Assembly: GCA_051294375.1 (NCBI GenBank)
Contig: CM119264.1
Location: 15,030,682-15,094,681, forward strand
Direction of reading: 5' to 3'
Length of the DNA: 64,000 bases
From: Paraspadella gotoi
Taxonomy: Eukaryota > Animalia > Chaetognatha
In this document: positions 24,352 to 36,848 of the stretch, in pieces
Position numbering within the stretch: the first letter of the stretch is position 1
Layout of the letters: each line of letters begins with the position of its first letter
Made by a program: the position numbers and the translations under genes
The notes under the pieces: generated by a model
Told to the model about the DNA's origin: nothing
Seen by the model: the letters and a program-made list of their open reading frames with translations, nothing else
Databases searched by the model: none

Positions 24352-26298
24352 TCAAACGCATTCGAACATCTTGAAGTAGTTGACGAGAGCGAATCCGACG
24401 GAGTATTTCGACGTCGCCCCAACTCGAAAAATTACCAACCGGAAATCCCGATGGGCGTCGATGGCGCCGTTGCTCGTGACGATGGCATCGCCATCCGTTC
24501 CCGAGCGCCTCAGGTCGTGTTGACGGCGATCCTGGGGATTTCGAAACGGCGCCGCGTCGCGAACTTTGAGGAGCGTCTGCCACTCGTCATCCACGAGCGC
24601 CTCGAAGTCGTAATCTACGGCGCCGAAGTTAAGGGAGTCGGCCTCGAACGGCGCCGCGCCGAACGAAATCGCGCCGATTCGCCGCGGTGAAGAAAAAGTG
24701 TAGCGGAGCCAATGAACGCCCGAGTTGAGCCAGGCGCTGTGCCATCCGTAACCGAGGGCGTCTCCGCCGTCGAAAGCAGACGACGCTCCTTTCGATCGCG
24801 ACGAGGCGCTGGATGCCGAAGCGACGCCGCTGACGCCGTCGGCGACGTTAGCGTCGGAGAGGCGGCACGAAGTGGAAGATGGCGGGAGAAAAGTGGAAGG
24901 AAGGTAGGTTGGAAGAGTGAGAGGAGGAGAAGATGAGATCGAGGAAGGAGAGGGAGAGGATGAACGGGATGAGAGGCGGTTGGTGTTGGAGGGGAAGAGC
25001 ATTCTGATTAAAGTTGAAGAGGAGGACGGCGAGTCGGAAGAAGCATCTCTCGTTTGGAGAGAAGGCTCGATCGTTGAATTGAATAAAGAGTTCGGGATCG
25101 AGAGTAAAGCTGATGGAGTAGATCGTCCGAGGTTGGACGTCAAGTCGGGGGGAAGTTTGGTAAATTTTCGAAGTGTGGAATCCCCGAAAAGACTGGCTGC
25201 GGAAGACGCGAGGATAGCCTCTACAAATGGGGATCCTGAAGGGGGAATTTCATCGAGTCCCGACGGCGTGGCAGTAGGTGAATTATTTTCGGACGTCGTT
25301 TTCGATGTCGTCGTCAATGTTTTTGTAAAAAAAATAGCGAGTGAAAGTACCGAATCGTGATTTTTCGATTGAGATTTCCTGTGTGGCTGTGTCGGCGATC
25401 CTCTCGTTTTTAGTCGAACGATTTGAGCGGTCGAACTCGACGACCGCCGAGTCAACGAAGTCGCCGGGAGGGCGGAGGCAGCTGTGTTGAGCGTCGCCGC
25501 TTCGATCGACGCATCGACTTGAATCTTTGTCCGCGTGGGATTCTTCGGCGAAGCGCGCGAGTTGTCTTCCGTTTTCTGAAAGGAATTCACGAGGTGTGGC
25601 TTTGTCTTGACAGTAACCAGTCGGGGTTTTTCAAAGACACGGACTCGTTCCAGAGGATGTCGCCGGAATGGATCGGAGTTCGTCGTCTTCGTCGACGAAG
25701 TCTTGGGCTTTCTCCGCAGTGCCGCCTGTATCTCGTCGACAACCTCTTCTTTGATTCTTTCGACGGTCTCTTTGACAAGAGTCTTCATCATCCTCAACAG
25801 CATTGAATAAGAAGACAGCGGAGGCGGCGATGGTGATTTAATCGGCGCCGAGAAGCGCGTCGTCGTTGGAGGCGTCGTTGCCTCAAAGGATGCGGTGGAG
25901 GAAAAGCCGGCAGAAGGCGTCGTGGATATATTTTCAAAAGCGGAAGTGAAGAGGGTCGCCACCTCTGTCGTCCTCGTGGTCTTTGGACTCGCCAGTGTCG
26001 CGAATAAACGTTTCAATCTTTCGACGAACAAATAAACAGCGAGAAAAAGTTGGGACGAATCGAAGTCGAGTTTTCGATCTTTACTTTCCTTCGATTCAAC
26101 GACTTCATCGACGCCGATTCCTCCATCACTCTTTATGAAACCCTTGACTTTGTAGACGAGGTTTTCTCGAGATCTGGCTTCGAGTGCGGACGCGGGTTTC
26201 GCGGTCGTCGGGGCCGCCAGTTTGAATCCCGAAGACTGACTCTCGGTGATCGTCGTTAGTATCATCATTGCAAGGAAATAATTGTTGACTGACGCCAT
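24352..26298 (-). CDS. Intronless 648-aa secreted Ser/Thr/Pro-rich (mucin-like) protein with C-terminal discoidin/F5-8 type C (galactose-binding-like) domain
   Basis: Longest ORF in the window. N-terminal signal-like MASVNNYFLAMMILTTITES, then a long S/T-rich stalk, then SASSAS..ASSAFDG..GWHSAW..WLRYTFSSPRRIGAISF..YDFEALVDDEWQTLLKV..FRLVI, the pattern of a discoidin beta-sandwich. Confidence 0.75.
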   Translation of the reverse strand: MASVNNYFLAMMILTTITESQSSGFKLAAPTTAKPASALEARSRENLVYKVKGFIKSDGGIGVDEVVESKESKDRKLDFDSSQLFLAVYLFVERLKRLFATLASPKTTRTTEVATLFTSAFENISTTPSAGFSSTASFEATTPPTTTRFSAPIKSPSPPPLSSYSMLLRMMKTLVKETVERIKEEVVDEIQAALRRKPKTSSTKTTNSDPFRRHPLERVRVFEKPRLVTVKTKPHLVNSFQKTEDNSRASPKNPTRTKIQVDASIEAATLNTAASALPATSLTRRSSSSTAQIVRLKTRGSPTQPHRKSQSKNHDSVLSLAIFFTKTLTTTSKTTSENNSPTATPSGLDEIPPSGSPFVEAILASSAASLFGDSTLRKFTKLPPDLTSNLGRSTPSALLSIPNSLFNSTIEPSLQTRDASSDSPSSSSTLIRMLFPSNTNRLSSRSSSPSPSSISSSPPLTLPTYLPSTFLPPSSTSCRLSDANVADGVSGVASASSASSRSKGASSAFDGGDALGYGWHSAWLNSGVHWLRYTFSSPRRIGAISFGAAPFEADSLNFGAVDYDFEALVDDEWQTLLKVRDAAPFRNPQDRRQHDLRRSGTDGDAIVTSNGAIDAHRDFRLVIFRVGATSKYSVGFALVNYFKMFECV

Positions 26299-27110
26299 GC
26301 TTGATCAATTGGTTGGAGCAGTTTCGCTTCTTTAGATTTGATGTTTGGTTTGGTTCTTGTTTCAATTACATCTTCTTACATCTTCTTTGTTATACGTATT
26401 TTTGAACGCAGCTTTACTTCTTTTATTTCGAGTCACAGAAAAATTGCCCCATTCAAAGTTTTTCTTTCCAAGTCGGTCTCCAGGATATTGGCGAAAGAAA
26501 ATAAACGGATCTTTGTCAACGATTTCACCAAAATGAATTCGCTTTCCTCGCGAATCGGTTTAAGCTTTTTATTCGGGTAAGTACGACGGCAACGAGGCTG
26601 ACAAAGGTAGAGTCACGTTGACGGAGGTACAATGGGCGACTGACAAAGCGCGGGGTCGAAGGCTGTAACAAAGGATCTCGCTCAGCGGGACTCTAATAAT
26701 GGAAACAAAGTGAAGCCCAAAAAGAATTATGAGGTACAATTATTCATTGGGACGAAGGGAAAGAGTGAGTCGATGTCCAGGAAGAAAAGAAAGTCGACGA
26801 ACAATAGCGACGTTAAACGAAGGAGAAGAAATACATTGAGGAGAAAACTCGAGGTTTTATTGTCCGTAACTTACATTTCTATTTTAATTTATTTGTTAGT
26901 CCTTAAAAGATACCCTATGAAATAACGTAAATTCATGTGTATACGTATGTATACAATAGATACATAATACGTATAATATACAAATTTATTTAATGTATGT
27001 ATAGAATAATACATACATTAAAATAAAAAATTCAAATGGTGACCCTGTCGCGGTAGTAATTCATACTCGTCCGCTGATTCTGCTGATTCTCATACGTGAA
27101 CATGTTATTT

Positions 27111-28737
27111 TTTTTTATCGAGCCTTGACCGGCGAAGCCCGGGTCAGGCTCTATAATGTTTTAGGGTTGCTTCTTTGTGACGTAGTCGTCGTCGTCGTCG
27201 TCGTCGTTCGTCGTCCGTCACGCTGTTTTCATATATAAAAAACTACTACGCTTTTATAGGTTTGGCTGTGACTTACCGTTTTTTTTATCGAGCCTTGACC
27301 GGCGAAGCCGGGTCAGCTCTATAATGTTTTAGGGTTGCTTCTTTGTGACGTAGTCGTCGTCGTCGTCGTCGTCGTCGTCCGTCACGCTGTTTTCATATAT
27401 AAAAACTACTACGCTTTATTAGGTTTGGCTGTGACTTATACTTAAATAAAAATTATTTATGAATTATGATAAAGTTTTACAAAAGGTGTCCGATCATAGT
27501 AAGTTAAAAATTTAGATATGGCTTTTCATCTTGAAATAGCTGTGATATTTTCATATTACATTTGGATTTAAGTATTTTTTGTTTGAATTTCCACTTCATT
27601 ATGATTTACTGCAATATGCAAATGAGATTAAAGTACTCCTTATAATATCCAAATTAGTATATAGAAATGCTTTAATCTAATTTACATATTGCAGTATATA
27701 ATATTGAAGATGAAATTAAAAAATTTGTTTTAAATTTTTAATAAAAATGGGAACTCAAAGGATTTTTTTAATGAGAAGCTATATCTTAATTTTAATACAA
27801 ATATAAATTAAATCTTTTACAAGCTGCGATTGGAAAAAATTGGAAAAATTTCCAATTGTAAACAATTGTAACATATTTTTGCCTTTCTTTTATTTCTTTA
27901 AATTATATATAGATTTTCTTTCCTATATTTGTCAGTTGCTGCTTTTTCTGAACCCTTAAAAAACGAGTTCAGGTTCTGCAGTGACTGTTCAGCTGGCTTC
28001 CAGCTTTCTCTTTCTTTCTGTCTCTTTGTCTCTCTTTTTCTCTTTCTGTCTCTCTTTCTTTCTCTTTCTGTCTTTCTGTCTCTCTCACTCTGTACGATCG
28101 TTCGTTTTTTGAAAAATTCTGATTATTTTTTTCCTTCTCAAAACTTTTATTATCGCCATTTATTCCGCGCTTTTTTTTTCAATACAAAATCCCAAATTTA
28201 TTATCTGAGATATAATTGCAAAGAAATTCGGTTTTTCTTTTCTTTCTCTCTTTCTCTCTCTCTCTCTCTCCCTCTCCCTCTCTCTCTCTTATTTATTTTT
28301 TAAAAAAATGAAGAATAACTTATAATGATATGCATTATCACATATAAATCAGCTAATGTTGACCTATTATATATGCAGCACTTTCGCCGAATAATATAAT
28401 TGCATGCATCACATATAAAAAAAAAAATTTGTTTTTATTTATTATTGCAACTTTGGACCGGTTTGCCCACTATTGGCAAATTATATCTAAAATAGAGTGT
28501 TGATAAGAGAGATATAGTCAAATTAAACATTACTTTTTTTGTTATTCTGATAATTTGTACTATTATTAAATTTTTAAATATTTTTAGTGTATATATTTAA
28601 CATCATTTTTAACTTTTTTTAAATAATAATTATTTGAGTTGTTTGATAACTATTTATAAATTAATTAAATATGCAAATATTAAATTTGACCTCGGTCTGG
28701 TTTCTTCCTAAAAAAAGAACAAATCTTTTTCTCTCTA

Positions 28738-28785
<48 letters not shown>

Positions 28786-29157
28786 TTTTTTTCCTTCTAA
28801 AAACTTTTATTATCGCCATTTATTCCGAGATTTTCGTGGATTTTTCCTTCTAAAAACTTTTATTATCACCATTTTATTATTTTATCTCAATACAAAATCC
28901 CAAAATACAATAACTTACTTAACCTAGATTTCGTGGTCGTTGCGGAGCAACAAGTAAACAATGTCACGGAACATGACCTAATAACGCGTTACGTGTATAA
29001 AAAAAATTCAACATAGACCCAATTTCACAACGCCGTTGCGAGGCAACGGATAACCGATATAAACGAGAGTGACCTAATAAATGCGTCTCGTTGGTGGCGA
29101 AAACTCTCTCTCTCTCTCTTCTCTCACTCTCCCTCCCTCTTTCTCTCTCTCTCTCTC

Positions 29158-29201
<44 letters not shown>

Positions 29202-29381
29202 CCTTCTAAAAACTTTTATTATCGCCATTTATTCCGCGCTTTTTTCTCAATTCAAAATCACAATTTACATCCGAGATTTTCGTGGATTTTTTTTCTAAAA
29301 ATTCTGATTATTCTTTATATAAACGAGAGAGACCTAATAATGCGTTCTCGTTGGCCGGGAAAAACTGTCCAGCATCTCTCT

Positions 29382-29429
<48 letters not shown>

Positions 29430-29745
29430 ACTCATACACGCATTTGTTTGTTTTATTTACGATGAATGATTCAGCGCGTCAATGAATCACTATCATCGCA
29501 TCAATGAATGACTATCATCGTATCAATGAATGATTATCATCATATCAATGAATGACTATCATCGCATCAATCATTTGATTATCATCACATCAGTCATTTT
29601 GTTATCATCGCAATCAATTATTGGTTATCATTGCGTCAATATTTGGTATCATCGCATCAATATTTGGTTATCATCGCATCAATATTTTGGTTACTATCGA
29701 AAGCGGCTCGATCTTTATGCTTTTAAGATTTTTTAAACTTGTTTC
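27111..29745 (+). mobile_element. Helentron/DINE-1-like non-autonomous element with tandemly duplicated 5' end
   Basis: T-run + ATCGAGCC, then hairpin GAGCCTTGACCGGC-GAA-GCC(C)GGGTCAGGCTC and a (GTC)n microsatellite, present twice (27117, 27287). The inverted GGCTCGAT at 29705 is followed by a T-rich end. Internal minisatellite and duplicated blocks. Confidence 0.6.
29482..29690. repeat. ~21-bp minisatellite (TATCATCGCATCAATGAATGA variants)
   Basis: About 10 copies that diverge progressively along the array. Confidence 0.85.
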
Positions 29746-30269
29746 TGTTCCTAGTTTGGAGGTCGAGTTCCCAAAACATAAAGACTTTGGTGTGAAAGGT
29801 TAAAAATAGGGTTCTGTGGGGTGAAAGGTCTCACTACAGGGTGCAGAGGTCTCTCGTGCATCACGTCGCTAAAGGATAACTCGAGGTCAAAATATGGACG
29901 GGGATTATCGGAGATTCATTTGTCGTCTTCGTATTCGGAGTCATCGTCGTCGTCATCTTCGTCGTCGTCGTCGTCATCCTCGTCGTCGTCATCCTCGTCG
30001 TCGTCATCGTAATCATCGTCCTCAACATTTCGTGAGGTTTACATTCAATCAAATGCAAATTCCATGTAACAAAAAACAGTTCGGTGAAAAAAAAAAGCAG
30101 TGAATATATCAGCAAAGATGCAGCGACATCTACCTTTAAAAAAATTGCGATGTAAAGACAACGAGTAAATGACTCTATCTCTCTATGTCGTCTCCTCTTT
30201 TCGCGATGTCACTGTCTTATATCTAGCGAAAGAAACTTGTAGTTGCCCCAATCGTCGTCGTCTTTTGGA

Positions 30270-30310
<41 letters not shown>

Positions 30311-30780
30311 GGCGTTATTGGGGTTTTCGTCGTTTGTACAGGCGTCACGGCGAGACTCGTCGCAATCCTCGTCGTCGTTGGCGTCGTCGTCATCAAAGTC
30401 GTCGTCATCAGGATTTATGGTCGCAAGTTGATGGAGTTCCAGACCCTTCTCTTCGCTTTTCTCGCCTTCTTCCTCTGCTACTCCCTCATCTTACCCTCTC
30501 TACCTACCCCCTCTCTCATTTCTCGTACGACTTATTCCGGTTTTCTCTCTTTTTTTTTTTGTATCGGTTTATAGGATTTTCATCATTTTTCGTTTTTTCT
30601 TTGTTTTTTCTTTGTTTTTTACTTTTTTTTTCTGGCTTCGTTCTTCGTGACGTCACGGCGCCTCGAAATATGTCGTTGTGTCGTAGTCGTCGTTGTCTTT
30701 ATCACATCAGCTCTTGTTTTTTGTTGGTGTTTTTTAAAGTAATCCCTCAAAATGTTGGCCTAATAGTACATGTATAATTG

Positions 30781-30905
30781 TATGAAATTGGTACAACCAA
30801 TATAAAAATTATACAATTCATTTAATAAATAAGCTATCTTGCCCCTGACTTTGGATAGGCTTTGGTGGTTTAAGGCCTCCATCACTCTTACAAGATAATG
30901 ACACA
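30781..30905 (+). repeat. Dispersed ~125-bp repeat family
   Basis: TATGAAATTGGTACAACCAATATAAAAATTAT..GCTATCTTGCCCCTGACTTTGG..AAGGCCTCCATCACTCTTACAAGATAATG. Near-identical copy at ~49757-49881, two inverted copies at ~39061-39281, partial copy at ~32794-32860. Confidence 0.85.
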
Positions 30906-31061
30906 GCAAAAAACATTGTTCCATCGCTCAATCTTTTCATCGCTCCACCCTATTGTATATATGGCACTGAACTCTTTCGATTTTGACACATCGTAATAAA
31001 TATAGGCTCGTTGCAGTTTCTTGCGTCGCTTGTTTACTAGTAATACGTAGTAAATTTACGA

Positions 31062-31062
<1 letters not shown>

Positions 31063-31159
<97 letters not shown>

Positions 31160-31173
31160 TAATAATAATAATA
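31063..31173. repeat. (AAT)n microsatellite
   Basis: Directly visible. Confidence 0.95.
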
Positions 31174-31805
31174 ATATGTGGTTCATCGACCAGAGATATT
31201 GGTTTCATATGATAAAGTAGGCTCAGTCTTGTTACTCTTGTTACGATTGTCGATGGGAAGGCAAATACGCAAAAAAACATATGTTTACTCAATAAAGTGG
31301 ATTTTTGCTCTCTAAGCGGCACGAATGTTGATCGGCGAAATAAGACAGCGAAAAAAGAGCAACCTGGCAAAAAAAGTCTATTCAAATAAAAGCGGATGCA
31401 GAATAAAAAGTTTCAGTAACTGCATGGTATAAGTCAGTGGCATCTGTCGTTTGTCACAGCCGGAAAAGCCGATTGATTACTCAGCTAAGTCACGCAAATC
31501 CAGTTTACTTTATATTCATCATAGTAATTTAGCGATTAGCGAGGTAATATTTTTTGTGAAATTTTTTTTAAAATGTTGACACTTGACAGTAAGACTAGTG
31601 GTGAAATACATGCTCGACAAGTTTTTATGCAATAATCTATCCCTTGTTTAAATACATTCTAAGATTTATATCTTTTTCTCTTAACCTTTTACAATTTTTT
31701 CTCTTAACCTTTTACAATTTTTTTTTTTCAAAATATTATTTTTTATAATTCTTGTTTTTTGTATTAGTTTTTTTAACTTGCCTCGATCTTACTAATTCCT
31801 CCTCT

Positions 31806-31892
31806 GCCTCTCAGCCTCTCAGCCTCTCAGCCTCTCAGCCTCTCAGCCTCTCAGCCTCTCAGCCTCTCAGCCTCTCAGCCTCTCAGCCTCTC
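31806..31892. repeat. (GCCTCTCA)n 8-bp tandem repeat
   Basis: About 10 perfect copies. Confidence 0.95.
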
Positions 31893-33467
31893 CCCTCAAA
31901 ACGAATCGCATTTATTCTTTTCGCTTCAGAGCGCCTCTCCGTCCCTCTCTCTCTCTCCTGAGACCTTTAATCCTAGTGCAAACGAGTTTCATCCCTTAGG
32001 AATAGTCAATTTAGTTGCCTCTTAGCGGTCAAACCGGTTACATCCCAGCTAATTATCTATGACCGTGTGCTTCGAAATATTAGGTACATGCGAATAAATA
32101 AAGAGCTTGGCGCGTTAACTTATCGAGGTCAATAACTTACGCTGTTACTGAATACTAAATATTATTATTAGGGAATGACAATCAATCTGAAGAGAATAAT
32201 CGATACCGGATTTTCTCGCCTGACCTTGAAGGAGATGGAAGGAAAGGAAAGAGCAGAGTAGAAACGAAAGGAGAAAAAAGGGAAGGGAATGTTGAGGAAA
32301 GGAAAAAAAATAAAGAGGGAAGTTATGAAGAATAATTTTAGAGAGATAAGAAATGCGGAGAAGTTGAAAAACAAAAAGTAAGGGTGGAATACGATTTTCG
32401 AAATTAAAAATATTCGAATACGAACGAGTATCAAAAAATGGAGACAAATTTTTTTTCTATGTAGAAAATTAAAAGTTAAAATATAACAGAATCAAAGGAA
32501 AGAAAGGGAAAAACAAAAAATGACTCAAAGGAAAAGATTGAACGGAATAAAATTGCCGAATGGAAAGACGCAAAAAGGGGCGCGGAATTATTGCGGTTTT
32601 CTTCGGCTTCATCTCTTCCCAAATTTCCTGTCGTTTTTCCCTCTTAAGATTGCTCTGCTACGGCTGCTTATGCCTGTGGCTGCTGTGGCTGCTGTGGCTG
32701 CGGCTCGTCTGACCTCAAATCGCAACTTAGGTTTTCTCTTTCTAAAAATTATTTTTCTCAACTTATCTTCTTTTTGAAATGTTATGTATTTTTTATGAAA
32801 ATTCGGTACAACCAACATAAAAAATTTATTTATTCAATAAATAAACAAGCTACCCTGCCAACCTGAATTGCACAATGCACAGCCTCTCGGTGAGCTGAGG
32901 CTTTTCTCTCTCTCAATTCAATGTTCTTTATTCTTCAACCTTTATAATTCGTCTTTCATTTCTAATACTTCATTTTTATAAAAGAATTCGCGTCCTCTTT
33001 ATACATATATGTATACATATTATGTACATAATGTACAAGTACATAGTAAGTATTGAAAGTTTGCTTCAATTCGTTCGCCTTGAGTGTTCATAATCCTTTT
33101 TCCTTAATCGTCGATATATCGATTTGATGTCTCTCTCTCATCTCTCTCCTCTCTCTCTCTCTCTCTATCTTCTCTGCTCTCTCATCTCTCTCTCTTTCTC
33201 TCTCTTTCTCTTCTCTCTCTTCTCTCTCTACTCTCTTCTTCTCTCTCTGCGCCCGTCTCATCTCCTCTCTGAGGGGCTGTGAGTGGGCAACGCCCCCAAG
33301 CTCCTGCAGTCCACCTTCTGCTGCCGTTCTCTTCAATTTCGCAATACTTTTTTATGATTACGTTCAACCTTAGATGTCCTTGACACTATTGTTTTTTCCT
33401 ATATTTTGTCTCTCTCCTCTCTTCTCCTCTCCTCTCTTCCCCACCTCCGTCTCTCTCCACTCTGCTC

Positions 33468-33515
<48 letters not shown>

Positions 33516-34435
33516 TCTCTCTCTCGCTCTCCACTCTCTACTTCTCTACCTCTCGTCGTCTCTCTCTCTCTCTTCTCTCGCTCTTTCTCTTTCTTACCTT
33601 TCCTCTTCTCTCTTTCTCTTTTTCTTTCTCCATCTCTTCTACTCTCTCTCTCTCTTTCTCTCTCTTTTTCTCTCTCTCTTTATCCCCTTTCATTTCTTCC
33701 TTTCTTATCTCGCGTTTCTCTTCGCGGGGTCAGAGGCTCACAGCCACAATTGCCTCCTTTCATCTCGTTTATTCACAGACATTTTGGTTCTCCTTTTCAC
33801 ACGCGTAGAGACGTCACTGGCGACTTGACGCGAGACTCCTTCTTGGGTCCATTCCAGGTCTTTCATTTTAAAAACTTATCGCCAAAAAGTGCAATTATGT
33901 CTGAGAAATTTTTGTGGTTTGTAACTGCTGTTGACTTTAAAACAAAACAAAAAATACACGAATTAACTCGTTTTTTTCGGTTTGAAAAAAAATATGACGA
34001 GTAAAAAGTACGTCGTAGAAAGAAAGACGGCGAGGAAAGAAAGACGACAGGAAAAAAAGACGGCGTGAAAAGAAGGACGGCGAGGAAAGATAGACGCGTT
34101 GGCAAGCAAGACTGTAAGGAATGTAAGACGACGAGAGTCCCGGAGGGGTAACAAATTTGGACGATTTGTGGGTGGACGAGGAGAACAAATGGATAAAAGC
34201 CTCTTGTGTAGAGAGTTAAGGAAGAGAGCGCAAACGAGAGCGAGAGAGAGTGAAGAAAGAGACAGAAAGATACTGAGACAGACAGGCAGAGAATCAGAGA
34301 CAAAGATCGCTGAACCATTTTCCATTTTGGGTATCGACAGTCACTAGAGATTAAGTCGGAATGGGAACGAAGAAAAGCCAACGCAACGCAAATGGTAAAG
34401 AGATGGACGATCCCAAGAGAGAGAGAGAGAGTAAA

Positions 34436-34474
<39 letters not shown>

Positions 34475-34527
34475 AGATGAGAAGTGAGAGAGAGAAAGAG
34501 AGAGAGAAGAATGATGAGGAGAGAGAG

Positions 34528-34565
<38 letters not shown>

Positions 34566-35398
34566 ACCTCAAAAGCACTTTCATCACCATTTGTAAATGA
34601 AAGTTATCATAGAGAATTTCTAATTATTATTAAAACTGAGATATTTAAAGATGTTGACATCATTTTTACCTTTATTTTCATTTTTGATTTTCATCTTCAC
34701 ACAAATTCTCAATACGGAAAATAGACAGAAATTTGTCATAGAGCAAAAAAAAAGCCGAGTTTTGCCGAAGAAATTTTCTTCTGCGGAAAATCCGTGACCG
34801 AGATTGCAGAAAGCCGCTCGGGACATTCACTTACCTTTTTCTCTCCGTCTCATTGCACTTACCTTTTCTCGGCGTCTCATTGCCCTCGTCTCTTTGCGAC
34901 GTCGTTCCCCTTAACTTAATGGCCAAGGGGTAATGGAGGGCGGACGCGCAGAGGCTGATAATAATAATTTGTTTCGGCTAAACGTCTTTTTCGCTGAGGC
35001 AAGGTTACGATTTCTTCAACGAAACTCGAGATAGTTTTTCTCTTGAATATTCAGCAAAAAATTTGCATATTTTTTGGAAATGTAAGACAAAGTAACTGTG
35101 TACTTTTGATTGGTTAGGATGAAATAACGCGATTCTAGACCTAATTTGATCAAATGAGGTTCACGACATAGCTTCTGAAGATAACGTGAAAAAAAAGAGT
35201 CGACGAAGATGAAAGCGACAACGCCAAAATGTCACCGATGACGACGACGACGACGATGACGACGATGACGACAAAAACTTTGCCGTCAAAGAAAATTACA
35301 GTCTTCGTTCACACAGGCTTCATCCCTTGACATGACAAGAAAGATGATGTGAATTTAAAGCGAACGGTGTCAGGAAAAGGTGAGAGAGTGAGAGTAAG

Positions 35399-35461
<63 letters not shown>

Positions 35462-36803
35462 AAAAAAGAAAGAAAGAAAGAAAGAATGAAAGAAAAAGAG
35501 AAAAAAAAAATTAAGAGAGAGAGAAAGAAAGATGAAAAGATGAGAGAGAGATAGAGAGATAGAGAAGATGGAGAGAGAGAGAAGAGAGAAAAAAGGGAGA
35601 GAAAGAGAGAAAGAAAGAAAGGGAGAAAGAGTGATGGATAGAGAGAGAAGTAGAGAGAAAGCGATAAAATAAGAGATTTGCAACCTTTCGAACATAGCAA
35701 TAAAAACAATAATTACAATCAACAATTAAACGGAAAGAAAATGTTTTGTAACATAAATTATCCCCGCATATCAAGTGATTAGTATATAGATTCTAAACCC
35801 GATAGGAGTCGGCCTCGGCCACTGAACCCGATTTCTCCAAACCGCCGCGAAACCAGGAAACGCCGGACTTAACACCAGTTTGCCGGCGCCAGTGATTCCC
35901 TTGGGATCGTCGGCGTCGTCGCCTTTCAGAGCAACTCCCCTCGCCTCAAACCGGCCTTCAGCGTGTTTGCTTCCACCGCCCCCTCCCATAAGTACTCCAT
36001 CATCTCCTCTGGGGATGCCTTTTAACAGCACGCAAAGCTTTAAACAGCTGTTTCCACTGAACCTCTCAAGTCTCAACAGCATACAAGTCGCTCTCTTCCT
36101 CTCTTCCTCCCTCCCTACTTTTGACCGTCTCTCTGTCAACGCATTCAGCTTTCAATATACCCAAGCCTTGGCCTTTGACAGCTCACTTTTCGTTCTCACC
36201 TGACCAGTGACCACTGACCAGTGTTCCGCCACTCATTCACCTCTTTTCACTCCTTCTTCTTTCTTCCTCCCGTCGAACCTCGGCTGATACCCAACCTTGG
36301 TTATCCTCAACCAGCCCCCCCGCCCCCGATTTTTTTTTCATTCACGGTCTTTCCGCCCTGCCGCCCCTGCCCCTCGCCCCTGCATTCTCTCCCATTCCCT
36401 CGGGGTTGACCTTCCGAGTTCTCCCCCCCTTCGGACTCCGCTGCGCCCCTAGGTCCGATCGCTCCGATCCATCCGGGCAGAAGAAGAGGAAAAAAAAAGA
36501 GTCGCCCCGAAAATTGGATCGGACGTCCTGACCCAATTTGCGGCCGGACTTACACATTCGCTCGTTTTTCAATTTCGCGTCCGCGTTCGACCGTATTTTC
36601 CGCTTCTAAGCCCGCTCCGATTCACGTTTCCGCTTCCGACCGCTTCCGACCGCTTCCGACCGGTTCGATTCGCGCTTCTTCCCTAATCCCTATCGTTCTC
36701 CTTCCGTTGGATGTTCTGTTCCGATTTCGCATCCATAGATGGCGAACAATCCGAAGCACGATTAAACTAAATGGACGGTAATGGGCTACGGTCGAGTCTG
36801 GCC

Positions 36804-36848
<45 letters not shown>

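Noticed and set aside
29482-29690. Regularly spaced repeats resembling a CRISPR array
   Set aside because: No unique spacers, no cas genes and a eukaryotic context; it is a minisatellite.
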